Assembly: GCA_963665325.3 (NCBI GenBank)
Contig: CAXXWS020000001.1
Span: forward strand, 96,001-160,000
DNA: 64,000 bases
Source of the DNA: Alphaproteobacteria bacterium
GTDB lineage: Bacteria; Pseudomonadota; Alphaproteobacteria; Bin95
Reading direction: 5' to 3'
A program made the translations under genes and the position numbers. Shown piece by piece: positions 9,354-19,847 of this stretch. A model generated the notes under the pieces. That model did not search any database and had not been told where the DNA came from. It saw nothing but the letters and a program-made list of their open reading frames with translations. Position 1 is the first letter of the stretch; every line of letters starts with the position of its first letter.

Positions 9354-10652
9354 TCAGAACTGTCTGACGAAGGAGAGTTCGGCGCGGTTGCGCTTGTAGT
9401 CGAGGGCCTGGGCGTTGGTGTCGCGCTCCTCGCGGACGAGGCTGATGCGGGGGCTGAAGCCGAGCACAGTCACCGCGCGGTTGTGCACCGAGAGCGAGAG
9501 CGTCCGCGTCTCGTCCTCGCGCGGCTCGCGGTCGATGGTGTTGTGGGCGAAGCCCCGCCCCTGGTATTCGGTGCGCTGCATTGAGGCGCGCAGGCCCACG
9601 GTGAAGCCAAGCGGCAGCGCCAGCGACGCGCTCAGGCTGGCCTGCGGGCCGCTCGAGCGCCAGTGTTCGGAGTTGGCGCGGCTCCAGTTCCAGCCGGCAT
9701 TGCCGCTGAGGCGCAGGACCGGCAGCGCGGCCCATGTGGCCCCGAGCGAGACATTCCCCTCCGGGCCGTCGAGATGATTGCAGTCGCGGCAGTTGCGCCG
9801 GGCGGCGCTCGTCCGGGCGAACATCGCAAGACGCGGCGTCAGCCGGTGCTCGCCTTCCAGGCGCAGGCCGAAGCGGTCTGTCTCGGGCATCCCGGCGGCC
9901 CATTGCCGGTCCACGGTCGCCAGCAGGCTCGCCTCCGTCCTCGTGTCGATGAGCCGGCGCGGGCCGAGATGGGCCGAGAGGAAATGGCGGTCGAAGGTCC
10001 CGCCCTTGTATTCCCGGATGCTGGCGTTGGCCCCGGAGCGCAGCCGGAGAGTCTGTGAAAGCGGATACTGGTATTCGCCGCCACCCCAGATGGAGAGGCC
10101 AAGGCCGGACTTCGGTGCGATGTCGCCCTGGCGGGTGAACGGTATGCGTTGCCCGAGAAAGTCGAGGAAGATCGTGCGTTCGCCGGAGGCGGCGTTCAGA
10201 TTGCTGTCCGGGGCAAGGGCCGCGCCGAAATGCGCCTCCCAGCGCCGCCGCGAGCGCATGGTGCGCAGAAAGCGGACGATATTGGCAACCACCGGGGGCG
10301 GCGGCCTGCCGGCCAGCACCTGCTCGAAATGCCTCCGGGCGAGCGTGTCCTCCTCCTTCAGGAAGAAGGCGCGGGCGAGTTCGAGCCGCACCCGCACAAG
10401 CTCCGGGTTATTCACCAGGATGGAACGGAACGCGGCGATGGCCTCGTCGAGCTTCTCGTCGCGGGCCTCACGGCCCGTTGCGGTGTGGGCGGCATGGAGG
10501 GCCGCTATGCCAGCTCGGAAGCGCCTGTCGGTGGCATCAGCGGCGCCAACGCCGCCTTTCGCAACATTCGCTGCGCCGGGAGCGGCATAGGCGAGCGTCG
10601 CGGTGACGAGGATGAGAAGGCCGGTGACGATGATGAGGATCAGGAAGCGCAA
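9354..10652 (-). CDS. Slam/DUF560 (T11SS), copy 2
   Basis: Highly similar to copy 1; probable TTG start before hydrophobic signal (LRFLILIIVTGLL); ends FVRQF. Confidence 0.88.
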   Translation of the reverse strand: MRFLILIIVTGLLILVTATLAYAAPGAANVAKGGVGAADATDRRFRAGIAALHAAHTATGREARDEKLDEAIAAFRSILVNNPELVRVRLELARAFFLKEEDTLARRHFEQVLAGRPPPPVVANIVRFLRTMRSRRRWEAHFGAALAPDSNLNAASGERTIFLDFLGQRIPFTRQGDIAPKSGLGLSIWGGGEYQYPLSQTLRLRSGANASIREYKGGTFDRHFLSAHLGPRRLIDTRTEASLLATVDRQWAAGMPETDRFGLRLEGEHRLTPRLAMFARTSAARRNCRDCNHLDGPEGNVSLGATWAALPVLRLSGNAGWNWSRANSEHWRSSGPQASLSASLALPLGFTVGLRASMQRTEYQGRGFAHNTIDREPREDETRTLSLSVHNRAVTVLGFSPRISLVREERDTNAQALDYKRNRAELSFVRQF

Positions 10653-10671
10653 ATCACGTTCCGCTGACTCG

Positions 10672-10708
10672 AATGAAAGAGGCCCACGGGGCAGTGCCCC
10701 GTGGGCCT
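10672..10708 (-). terminator. Hairpin terminator between lipoprotein 2 and Slam 2
   Basis: AGGCCCACGGGGCA-C-TGCCCCGTGGGCCT followed by CTTTCATT on the minus strand. Confidence 0.65.
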
Positions 10709-10767
10709 GGGTAGTCCCCCGCGCCCCGGCCGCCGGAGCAGCCGGGGTGAAGGCCCGAACAACGCCG

Positions 10768-12300
10768 TCAGTTCGGCGGGTTCGGGTTCTCGATATTGGC
10801 GCCGAACGCGCCGAGCATCCTGCCCTGTTCGTTGAAGTTGGCGTTGAACGTGCCCGAAACGCCGGTGGGCAGATTGTCGTTGCGGCTCTTGCCGGTGTTG
10901 GAAAGCTGCGCTTGCCAACCGCCCGCTGCGTCCGCCTTGCTCGACCCGACGGCCCATTGCGTGGACGAATCGGCTCTCGCGACCGAGCCATCGGCGGTGG
11001 AGATGGCATGTGGCATCAGCGTCACGGTCCAGCCCGGGTCCGTGCCGTCATCGCCGAGCCGGAAGCCGAAGATCGAGCCATTCATCATGTTGGTATCGAA
11101 GTTTGCCGCAAGGCTGGCCTTCGCGGTGAAGTGGCCGCCATGGGCGGTGTCCGCGACCCGGTCCCGCCAAGCATACTTGCCGGCGGCGCCGCCTTCGTAA
11201 TCCGCCTCGCCGGTCAGTGCGTCAACATCGCCCACGGCGGTGCCCCCCCGCGGTCCGTGGAACACCGTCACGGCGTCAAGCGGATCGGAGGACGTCTTGA
11301 TGTCCCTCATCCACCACCCGAAGGTCATGTAGGCGGGATCCGCGATCGAGACCATCGCTCCGGTGTTGGCGGTGAACGTCCAGCCCGCACCGCCGCCGAA
11401 CGCGATGGTGCCATTGGCATTCACCGACGAGGTGCAGTCGGCCCCGGTGCACTGGTAGGACCCGGTGGCGCCACTGTACGTGCCGGGCAGCATCACCACA
11501 TCGTTCGTAGCCGCGGCCTCAGTCGACTTGGCATTCGGCTCGTGCTCGACCGTGCCGCCGTCGCGCCCATCGAAGGCCGCGCCCGCAACGCCTGCGTGAG
11601 CAGTGGTCGACAACGGCAGCTCCTGCCCGCCGCCGCCATGCACCTCCGAGAACAGCTTGCTGCTCGACGCGGCGATGTCGGTATAGACGAACATCGTGTC
11701 GGCCCTGGTCGTGTCCTCCCAGGTCAGCATCGTTCCCGAGAAGCCGTTGTTCGCGGCAAGGCTCACCGACGTTCCGGCCTGTGCGCTCGTGAACGCGGTA
11801 TTGGTGGTTGCGTCGATGTCGACAAGCGGGTCAGCAACACCGGCACCGTCAAGAAACGTCTTTAGATTGGTGCCGGTCAACCGTGTCGTCCCCCCGTACC
11901 TCGCCGATACCAGCGGCGTGGTTCCGGCAATCGACGCGTCGGCGGGAGTGGTGGAATCGCCCAACGGGTCGAGCACGCCGAAGATGGCCTTGCCCTTCGC
12001 CGTCATGGCGATCGTGGCAGCCTTGTTCGCATTATCCTTCTCGTCGTTGACCTGCTTGGTGAGATCGCGCACCTGATTTTCCAGAGCGGTGACGCTGCCG
12101 GTCAGGTCGTCAATGTCGATCGCCGGCAGCCCAAGCTCCGCCCGCAGCGCGTTGATCTGCCCTTGAAGCGTGGCGATCTGCTCTACCTGTGTCGCGCCGT
12201 CCGTTGCCGACTGGGGCGACCCTCCGCCGCCTCCGCATCCGGCAAGCGCCAGGGCCGTAGCGGTCATCGCCGCGATAGCCCAATGTTTCATGGTTCTCAT
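10768..12300 (-). CDS. Surface lipoprotein with TbpB-like barrel (copy 2)
   Basis: Lipobox LAGC, N-terminal coiled coil, DPAYMTFGWW, YEGGAAGKY, GHFTAKASLAANF, LGAFGA. Confidence 0.8.
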   Translation of the reverse strand: MRTMKHWAIAAMTATALALAGCGGGGGSPQSATDGATQVEQIATLQGQINALRAELGLPAIDIDDLTGSVTALENQVRDLTKQVNDEKDNANKAATIAMTAKGKAIFGVLDPLGDSTTPADASIAGTTPLVSARYGGTTRLTGTNLKTFLDGAGVADPLVDIDATTNTAFTSAQAGTSVSLAANNGFSGTMLTWEDTTRADTMFVYTDIAASSSKLFSEVHGGGGQELPLSTTAHAGVAGAAFDGRDGGTVEHEPNAKSTEAAATNDVVMLPGTYSGATGSYQCTGADCTSSVNANGTIAFGGGAGWTFTANTGAMVSIADPAYMTFGWWMRDIKTSSDPLDAVTVFHGPRGGTAVGDVDALTGEADYEGGAAGKYAWRDRVADTAHGGHFTAKASLAANFDTNMMNGSIFGFRLGDDGTDPGWTVTLMPHAISTADGSVARADSSTQWAVGSSKADAAGGWQAQLSNTGKSRNDNLPTGVSGTFNANFNEQGRMLGAFGANIENPNPPN

Positions 12301-12388
12301 CGAACCTCTCTCCTTTCAACCCGGGCCGGCCGCGCCAGCCGGGCAAATTGTCTTGGTCGTTCCTCCGTGGCGTGGACTACCGCGCCGA

Positions 12389-13411
12389 TCAGAAGCCGAG
12401 CGTGATGCCGGTCACGAACGCCGTGCCTTCGGTCTCGTTGGCGGTGTCCTCGACGCCGAAGACAGAGCTTTTCCACGCGACGCCCGGCGCCAGCGAATAG
12501 CTGGCCGAGAGCATGGTCGCGTTGCGCTCCGTGCCGTCTTCCACATCGTGGAGCATATGCCCCAGGCTGACCGACATCGGGCCGTCCGCGTAGCTGACGC
12601 TGGCGCCCACGACCGACCACTCGTCCTTTGTCATGCCCGTGCCCTTGTCGCGCTCGGCATAGGCAACGTTGAAACCGAACGCGCCGGTGCTGACCGCAAG
12701 GCCCATGTTGGTGAACGTGTCGTCGTCGGCGTCAGTGCCGGCGGCGCGGTGGCCGAGCGAAATCTTGACGCTGGCGTCGGCGAGTTCCTGGTTCAGGTTG
12801 ATGCCGCCGGCGACCACGGCGTTGTCGTTGTTCTTCGGTGCGCTGGTGACCGAGTTCTCGCTGGCCGAGTCCGCCCCGTAGGACAGGCCGACCTGTACGC
12901 CGTTCATGCGCGGCGAGATGTAGATGACGTTCAGGTTGTCCCCGATCCAGCCATTGGTGTCGAGATAGGCGCCCGGGATCCACTTCTGCGTGTCGCCTGC
13001 GTTCAGGCCGACGCCGACATCCTTGATGCCGTAATGCGTGCGCGCATGGATCGGGTCGCGCTGGCCGATCTCGATCCGACCGAAGTCGCCGCTCATGAAT
13101 GCGAACGACTCGTCGATCTCGGTGTCGTCGCCCTTCGGATCGGTATGCGCTTCGTTGTTGGCCTCGAGCTGGACATGCACGCCGAACTTGAGACCCATGT
13201 CGGACTCCATCGAGCCCTTGAAATAGATTTCGCTGTCCGACTGGATGTCGACACCGCCCTCGTCGCTGTCGTCAGTCCGGTCGGCTGCACCAATCCACTG
13301 TTGCATATAGCCGCCGACGCCGACGCTCAGCATGTCGGCCGCCGAAGCCGGCCCGGCAGCCAGCGCGCCGGCCAAGGCCAGCGCGGAGGTCGCAAGCAGG
13401 GTTTTTCTCAT
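12389..13411 (-). CDS. Outer-membrane porin (copy 2)
   Basis: First ~40 aa almost identical to porin 1; DSEIYFKG, IDES, FGRIEIG, YISPRMNGVQVGLSY; C-terminal Phe. Confidence 0.9.
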   Translation of the reverse strand: MRKTLLATSALALAGALAAGPASAADMLSVGVGGYMQQWIGAADRTDDSDEGGVDIQSDSEIYFKGSMESDMGLKFGVHVQLEANNEAHTDPKGDDTEIDESFAFMSGDFGRIEIGQRDPIHARTHYGIKDVGVGLNAGDTQKWIPGAYLDTNGWIGDNLNVIYISPRMNGVQVGLSYGADSASENSVTSAPKNNDNAVVAGGINLNQELADASVKISLGHRAAGTDADDDTFTNMGLAVSTGAFGFNVAYAERDKGTGMTKDEWSVVGASVSYADGPMSVSLGHMLHDVEDGTERNATMLSASYSLAPGVAWKSSVFGVEDTANETEGTAFVTGITLGF

Positions 13412-13635
13412 AATCCCCAATGTGCGACCGGAAGATGCTTCGAAAGCCGATCAGCGGGTTACGAAAACCGCGTGTCCGCAGGGAGTTGCCGTAACTCCAC
13501 GATTGCCGGATGGACCCGGTTATGCGGGTCGGGTCGAACGGCTACCTGTCGGTTCAGGCTTCCGGTGGTTACCGAGATCGCCTGTCCCGTTCAGCGCCGC
13601 CCGTGCGCATCCAGACGCCAAATTGTCATCGATAA

Positions 13636-13666
13636 GGGACTTACAAAGATTGGTTGACGGCATCTT
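13636..13666 (+). repeat. 31-bp direct repeat, copy 1
   Basis: GGGACTTACAAAGATTGGTTGACGGCATCTT, identical at 28198-28228. Confidence 0.85.
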
Positions 13667-13693
13667 GCCAGTCTTCGTCCGGACCGGTCCGCG

Positions 13694-14968
13694 TCAGGGG
13701 CATGCAGGCTCCGAAACGCGGTCCAAACCGCTCCAGGAGAGCGCTATGTCGGCGCTTCGATGTTCGAAGGCGCCGGCATAGCGCCTGATTTCCTCGGGCG
13801 TCATACCCAGCCGTTCCCCCAACCCTCGCCAGTTGTCGCGGATATATGAGGCCATCGCTTTCGCCCGCGCTGCCGCGGCATCGACGGAGACGTCGAAAAA
13901 CGGGGCGGCATCGATCGCCGCCTCGATGTCGGGTTCGAACCCGTGGACCTCCGAAATGCCGGTCTGCAAAAGGCCTCCTCCCCCGGGCTCGGGATTGATG
14001 TCGTAGGCGGGCGACAGACGCCACCGGCCGCCAGAGACATGGAGAAAGGCATGATTGCGGAGATGGTCGTCGAAGTTCGAGACGAGGATGGTAAACAGCA
14101 GGCGGCCGTACAGCTCGGCCATGTCCACTGCCGGCTCTTCCCCATGCCCCCTGATGGCGTCCGCGATCGAAACGTAATCGCTCGGCTCGGCGCCGTCGAT
14201 CGCGAGCATTGTCTGCGCCGACATGAAAGGAATACGCCTCTCTCCCGACCGGTCGAAGCGCCGGATGAGGGCGACGGGATAGCGACGGGCTCCGGGCAGC
14301 AGCTGCGCCTCGGCCGCACGGATGCCGCATGCAGATGCGAGCTGCAACGCGAGGACCTCTCCCCTCGCCACGGGGAGCGCGTCCCCGGTGCTTGCCAGCT
14401 TTGCAATCCAGAGCACGCCGTCGCGGTCCGCTACATTGACCTTCGGTCGCGCGCCGCCGAGTGAACCCAAAGCCCCCATGAACTCGTCCCGAAGTTCCCT
14501 GAACGCCTCCGGATCGTCTTCGAACCTTCTCGAGGCCACGTTCAGCGCCGGGATATCGCTAAACCGCGGAATGCGCTGCTCACGCGGCGCCGCCAACGGC
14601 TCACCGTCCTCGTTGAAGTATCGCAGCGCTCCTGTGCGAAGGTAATCGTCGACCTCGGTCAGATAGTCGAAGTCGTCGCAATGCCGGCCGCGAGATCGCC
14701 TCCTTATGATCGCCCGTCCCCATGAGTCCGGAGCCCCGTCCATCATGACGGCCGGAATTCCAGACCTCTCTCCCCGGCGCGCCGTATGAAACGTGAACCC
14801 GCTCAGGGGGAGCGCCGGGGAGAGCGCGAATGCATCCCGCGATTGAAGCCAATCCGGGTCGTAGGTGAAGACCGAATGCTCGCGCCGACCGTCATTTTCG
14901 TAAATAAGCGTTCCCACCGGTCGCGCAACTTCGCCGATGCGTACGTCGAGATGCCGCGTTCCTACCAT
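13694..14968 (-). CDS. hipA: HipA family kinase toxin
   Basis: PDSWGR, GSLGGARPK, WIAK, RRFDR, N.DDHLRNH, LSPAYDINP. Confidence 0.92.
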   Translation of the reverse strand: MVGTRHLDVRIGEVARPVGTLIYENDGRREHSVFTYDPDWLQSRDAFALSPALPLSGFTFHTARRGERSGIPAVMMDGAPDSWGRAIIRRRSRGRHCDDFDYLTEVDDYLRTGALRYFNEDGEPLAAPREQRIPRFSDIPALNVASRRFEDDPEAFRELRDEFMGALGSLGGARPKVNVADRDGVLWIAKLASTGDALPVARGEVLALQLASACGIRAAEAQLLPGARRYPVALIRRFDRSGERRIPFMSAQTMLAIDGAEPSDYVSIADAIRGHGEEPAVDMAELYGRLLFTILVSNFDDHLRNHAFLHVSGGRWRLSPAYDINPEPGGGGLLQTGISEVHGFEPDIEAAIDAAPFFDVSVDAAAARAKAMASYIRDNWRGLGERLGMTPEEIRRYAGAFEHRSADIALSWSGLDRVSEPACP

Positions 14969-15315
14969 GCCGATTCGTCCCGCCGCCCGGCTGCGGAAGG
15001 AACATGGGGATAGCGTCTGGTTCTCCGGATACGTTGTGGAATCGTCTGCCCGGACAGCAGCAGCCCGGCATCGTCCCTGGCAGGGTTCACGAGCTCGCGG
15101 AGACGGTCCAGCTCGCCGAGCGCCTGCAGGGCGGCCGCCAAATTGCCGATCGAAATGCCGGAGTCACCCCTCTCGAGACGCGCGAGCGTGCTCCTTGACA
15201 CACCCATCCGCTCGGCGAAGTCCTCCGTCGACATCCGTCGAACGCGACGGGCCCGGGCGATATCCCTGCCGAGTTGGCGGATCGACCGGTCTATGGCTGG
15301 ACGAATTGTTGGCAT
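14962..15315 (-). CDS. XRE HTH antitoxin (HipB-like)
   Basis: ARARRVRRMSTEDFAERMGVSRSTLARLERG; overlaps hipA start. Confidence 0.85.
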   Translation of the reverse strand: MPTIRPAIDRSIRQLGRDIARARRVRRMSTEDFAERMGVSRSTLARLERGDSGISIGNLAAALQALGELDRLRELVNPARDDAGLLLSGQTIPQRIRRTRRYPHVPSAAGRRDESAW

Positions 15316-15839
15316 TGTCCTGAATGTGCTGCAATGTAAGCGATAAAGACTCGTATATGACACAGTAAATAGATTGTCAATCTATGACAAGAATTCTGGA
15401 TGCACACCTGTTGCTCTATCTTGAATGGGACTTTCGTCACAATCGACAAGGCCTGCGATACGAACCTCCATCCGGTCCAGAGTGACGCGCACGCACCTTT
15501 GTCTCCGCAAGCCGGCTATTGCCTCCTCCTCCCTACAGGTGCCCCTGAACAGACCCAAGCCGGCCATTTTGGGCATGCTGCATCCGGCGTCCAGAATCAC
15601 GAAACGGGTCACCGCTCCACCGGCAGGCATTGGCTCGTTTCCCAGATTCTCTTGCCGCCGGCGTCCAGCGTCCAGACCGCCACGCCCGCGTGATCCCCCA
15701 GACTCGGAACCGCGTCGACCACGTCAGGTTCCGCAGACGGCCTGCCGTGGGCCGGAATGTGGCAAGGCACGTTCTTCGGTCCGAATATGGGCACGGACGC
15801 AGATGGCGATCCCATCTCCGTAGCGCCGTCCGGCGTTGC

Positions 15840-16361
15840 CGGGCACCCGGAACTGCGCCGGGACGATATCGAGCCGCTCGGAGCGGTCTTCGCCGATACG
15901 AACCATCTCGCCGCAGCCGCAAGGCCACTCGATGCTCTCGGGTTCGATCACCCGCTCGATGCGCGGCAGGTGGCCGGCAGCCGACCGATGTTGCGTTCGG
16001 CGGCCGGGCGCTTCGGCCGCGCCGGCCGCGTCGTGCTCGCCGGCGTCTCTTCTTCGGCCCCGGCGAGCGCTCCCTCCAGCTCCTCAAGGGCGAACTGGAG
16101 CTGATCGGGATGAAGCTTCTCGGACTTCTTCGCGAAGAACGCCCGTCGCAACTCGTCGAGAAGATGTTCGAGACGGCGGTTCTGCTCGGTGAGCGAGACC
16201 ACCTCGGCGCGCAGCCTCTCGACAACGCCTCCGGCGTTAAGATCGCTCAGGGCCGGGTTCTCGGCGCGCAGCGCCTCAAGAGCCGCCTGCTGACCGTCGA
16301 TCAGCGCCCGCAAGGGCGGCGCAAGCGATGAAAGGTCAACTCCGGCCGCGCTCGTCTCCAT
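15840..16361 (-). pseudogene. IS66 transposase TnpC N-terminal remnant
   Basis: LRRAFFAKKSEKL, RNIGRLP, then frameshifted PCGCGEMVRIGEDRSERLDIVPAQFRV. Confidence 0.8.
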
Positions 16362-16599
16362 GCCCGAACACTACGATGGAATCGGCGCCCCGGAATGCGG
16401 CAAGCCGCCAACTCCGTGTGGCGGCTTCGTTCAACTACGGTCAAGTGCGTCGGAATCCGCGACAGGCCCCCACCGCTTCATTTCCCGCACAACCGCCCCC
16501 GGCCCGGACGAGGACGCCGAAGGCGGCGGCCGCCTCCCGGGCGGCCCCGCGATGGCGCGCCATCGATGCCCCGTCTATATTCCCGTCCTCAAACAAGTG

Positions 16600-16880
16600 C
16601 CGCCGCGACCGCTTCCTATATCAACACGCCCGGTCGCGCGACCCAACAAGAGGAGCCGCAAGCCCGGATCGTCCGCAAGGACATCCTGCCTACCTGCGGT
16701 CATCTCGCCGTGGACGCCATCCGCACTACGCCGAGGGCGGGGACGCGTACAGCCTTCGAACCTGCTGGCGAACCGTTTGCGAAGACGCGATGCTCGGTCG
16801 CCTTCGCCTGCATGGCCTCCGACATACGGCAGCAAGTCAGGCGGTCATGGCGGGCGAGAATCTGCCGCTGGAGCCGCAGG
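16600..16880 (+). pseudogene. Tyrosine integrase remnants
   Basis: WRTVCEDAMLGRLRLHGLRHTAASQAVMAGENLPL (HxLRH box); fragmented. Confidence 0.65.
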
Positions 16881-17012
16881 CCTGGTCGCGATCATGGTGA
16901 ATCGAGCGTTGCGCCTGCACGCTACAATGTCAAAATGCTCCTGCCTGCCGTGATGGCTGGAGTTCGGCGGAACCCAAGACGACAATGTTCCCGATCGTTT
17001 GGAGAGGATCTC

Positions 17013-19847
17013 GTGAAGACATCTGCAACTCTGGCGCTTCGTCCAGGCATCGGCGATGCGGATTGTCCGGGTCGCGCACGGCGCACGGGCGCCTGGCTTC
17101 CATTCAGCCTCACCGTCATCGTCCTGGGCATCGCGCTCGGCGGCGCGGGCGCGGCATGGGCGGAGAATGAATGCGGCCGGCCCGAAGCCGGAACGCCGGT
17201 CGTCTGCTCACCCTCGAACTACGATACGGCCACGGACGGCAACATCGTGTACCGCCCCGGCGAGGCGCACGAGGGCGGTTTCACCATCCGGCTCGCCGAT
17301 GACCTTTCAATCCGCTACGACCGCGACAATCCCGACGACGACCAACTGGTCTTGCCTCAAGATGGAGAGCCCCTCTACAGCGCCGTCAGGGTCGAGACCG
17401 GCGCGGACCATGCGGGCAACATCTCGTTTCTCTCTTCCGCCGACGTGACCTCGAACGGGAGAGGGATTTCGGTCGACCACAACGGGAAGTCGGGCGCGCT
17501 GCGCACGGAAGTCGCGGGCGGCACCTTCACGATCGCAAGCGATTGGCTACGCGCGTACGCCATCCACAGCAATCGTGGCGACGGCTATGAAACAGGCCAG
17601 GAGTTCAGCGGCGACCACGATGTCATCGTCCGCGACGTTGTCGTCGACCTGGACGGAGGGTGGGCCGGCATCGTTGGAGCCCAGGGCGGCGAGGGAAACC
17701 TGAATGTCGCCGTGCGGGACTCCGACATCGAGGTCGATGCCCCCTGGGCCACTGGCGTGTTCGCCATACATCGCGGCACCGGAGACGTCGACATCGATAT
17801 CCGGAATGTCGACATAGACGCTGGCGGCACAATGTCGGTTGACGGGTTCCTGGGCTTCCATCTCGGCAGCGGCAAGACCGACATCGCCGTTCGGGACAGC
17901 ACCATTGCGGTCAAGACCGCGGAAACCAGGTCCGGAAACGGCATAGCCTTTCTCTATTCGGGGGGAGAGGGTGGCGACCTCTCCTTCGATATCCAGGACG
18001 TCGACATCGATATCTCCAGCAGCCTCGGCATCTACCGCATGCACGACAATGAGGAAGGAGGGAGGTATTTCGATGGCATCTGGGGCGGATACTGGGGCGA
18101 GGAAGGCGACATTCACGTCGATGTTCGACGCGCCAATATCGTGATCGAGGGTGCTGACTCCGGTGGAATGTCCTTCATCCATGACAGAAGGGGCGACATC
18201 GCCATCGCCGCGCGCAACGTCGACATCCAGGTCGAGGGCGACCGTTCCGTGGGTATCGGCGGCGGCCAGCGCCACGAGGGCACGGGCGACATCGCCATTG
18301 ACGTTCGCGATTCGACCGTCGTGGCGAAGGGAGAGAGCGTCGCAGGCATTCGGGCGTTCAACTTCACGGGCGAAGGCAGCATCGGCATTCGCGTCGAGGG
18401 CGGGTCGATTACGGCGGAGGGCGAGGGCAGTTCCGGCATCCTTGTCGGCCTCACCGGCCGGTTGTTCGACGACCGGCCTGAGCCGATCGGGGCCCCCGCC
18501 CTTCGGGACGTCACCGTGGACGCCAGCGACAACACGCGCGGGGCGACAGCGGCGCAGAAGGTCGTTGTGAACGGGCGCGTGCGGGGCGGCTCGGGTGTGG
18601 GGGCGGGGGTCCGGCTCTACGGCGGCGGCCGGGTCGAGATCGGCCCCCGGGGCAGCGTCGGCGCGGCCTCCGGCGTTGCCGTGCGGGCCGAGGGACCCGA
18701 GGGAACCGAGCCCGCGTTGCATGTCGAGGCGCAGCTGGACGGCCGCCGGGTGAGCGATACGATCGCGGGCGAAATCAGAAACGACGACGGCCGGACGACT
18801 GTCGCGGTCAACGGGGTGGTCCTGCATGACGGCATGACGGGGGCGACCGGGCTGCGGGCGCCGAACGGGGCGCGCGACATCTCCCTTGCCGCCTCGCAGA
18901 CCGTTGCGGGGCGGACGTTCATGCCGACGGATTTCGCGAGCGCCCATGCGCCGCGGGCCGCGATCTACGAGGCGCTGCCCGGGTTCATGCTGCGGCTGGA
19001 CAGCCGGGAGGAAGTCGGAAAGCGGCTGCGCATGCCCGGTTCGCCCGCGTGGGTCAGGGTTTCTGGCGGCCAGGGGTCCTACGCGCCGGATCGCTCGCGT
19101 GTCGGCGCGGCCTATGAATTCGGCCGCTTCGAAGCCGAGGCGGGGGTCGATTTTGCGTTCTCCCGGGAGGCAAACGTGGCCGGCTGGGCCTCGCTGCGCC
19201 ATGTACGGGGCTCGGCGGACGTGTCCGCGGCGACGGGCGGCGGGAAGATCGATGCCGAGGGCTTCGGCGCGTCGTTCGGGGTCTCGTGGGAGAACGCCGC
19301 CGGCTACCATGCGAGCGGGCGCATCTCGGTGACCCGATACGGGTCGGACCTGCGCGCGGACGGCCGGGGCCTGCTGAAGGAGGGAGTCGATGCAACGGTG
19401 CGCAGCCTCGGGATCGAGGCGGGCCGGCGTTTCTCGCTCGCCGACGATCTGACCCTGACGCCCCAGGCGTGGTTGACCCGCTCGGACGTTTCGATTGACG
19501 GATTCCGGGACGCCGTGGGTTCGCGGGTCTCGCCTGGAAAGACCGATCGGTCCGTCGCCGGTGTCGGCGTCGTCACGGAGACCGCGCATTCATGGGACGG
19601 CGGTGAACGAAAGCTCGACTTGCGCGGCCGTCTGGGCGTGGAGCGGGTGCTGGGGGATGCGGAGACTGCGGCCGATGTCTCGGGCGAGCGCCTCGGCTCG
19701 GAGGCTGCCCGGACCCGGGGCGTGCTGGGTCTGGGCGCGGCGTACCGCTGGAACAGGTGGTCGCTGGGCGGCGAGGTTTCCGCCTCCGGCCTGGGCTCGG
19801 ACGACAGCGGCTACACCGTCAGCCTCCGTCTCGGAATGCAGTTCTAG
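17013..19847 (+). CDS. Autotransporter with beta-helical passenger
   Basis: GTG after GGAGAGG; signal peptide; repetitive GDI.IDV.D units; PRAAIYEALP linker; barrel with LTPQAWL, ending LRLGMQF. Confidence 0.88.
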   Translation: MKTSATLALRPGIGDADCPGRARRTGAWLPFSLTVIVLGIALGGAGAAWAENECGRPEAGTPVVCSPSNYDTATDGNIVYRPGEAHEGGFTIRLADDLSIRYDRDNPDDDQLVLPQDGEPLYSAVRVETGADHAGNISFLSSADVTSNGRGISVDHNGKSGALRTEVAGGTFTIASDWLRAYAIHSNRGDGYETGQEFSGDHDVIVRDVVVDLDGGWAGIVGAQGGEGNLNVAVRDSDIEVDAPWATGVFAIHRGTGDVDIDIRNVDIDAGGTMSVDGFLGFHLGSGKTDIAVRDSTIAVKTAETRSGNGIAFLYSGGEGGDLSFDIQDVDIDISSSLGIYRMHDNEEGGRYFDGIWGGYWGEEGDIHVDVRRANIVIEGADSGGMSFIHDRRGDIAIAARNVDIQVEGDRSVGIGGGQRHEGTGDIAIDVRDSTVVAKGESVAGIRAFNFTGEGSIGIRVEGGSITAEGEGSSGILVGLTGRLFDDRPEPIGAPALRDVTVDASDNTRGATAAQKVVVNGRVRGGSGVGAGVRLYGGGRVEIGPRGSVGAASGVAVRAEGPEGTEPALHVEAQLDGRRVSDTIAGEIRNDDGRTTVAVNGVVLHDGMTGATGLRAPNGARDISLAASQTVAGRTFMPTDFASAHAPRAAIYEALPGFMLRLDSREEVGKRLRMPGSPAWVRVSGGQGSYAPDRSRVGAAYEFGRFEAEAGVDFAFSREANVAGWASLRHVRGSADVSAATGGGKIDAEGFGASFGVSWENAAGYHASGRISVTRYGSDLRADGRGLLKEGVDATVRSLGIEAGRRFSLADDLTLTPQAWLTRSDVSIDGFRDAVGSRVSPGKTDRSVAGVGVVTETAHSWDGGERKLDLRGRLGVERVLGDAETAADVSGERLGSEAARTRGVLGLGAAYRWNRWSLGGEVSASGLGSDDSGYTVSLRLGMQF

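Noticed and set aside
16395-17012. N-terminal extension making the autotransporter 1150 aa
   Set aside because: Overlaps integrase debris; RBS and signal peptide favour GTG at 17013
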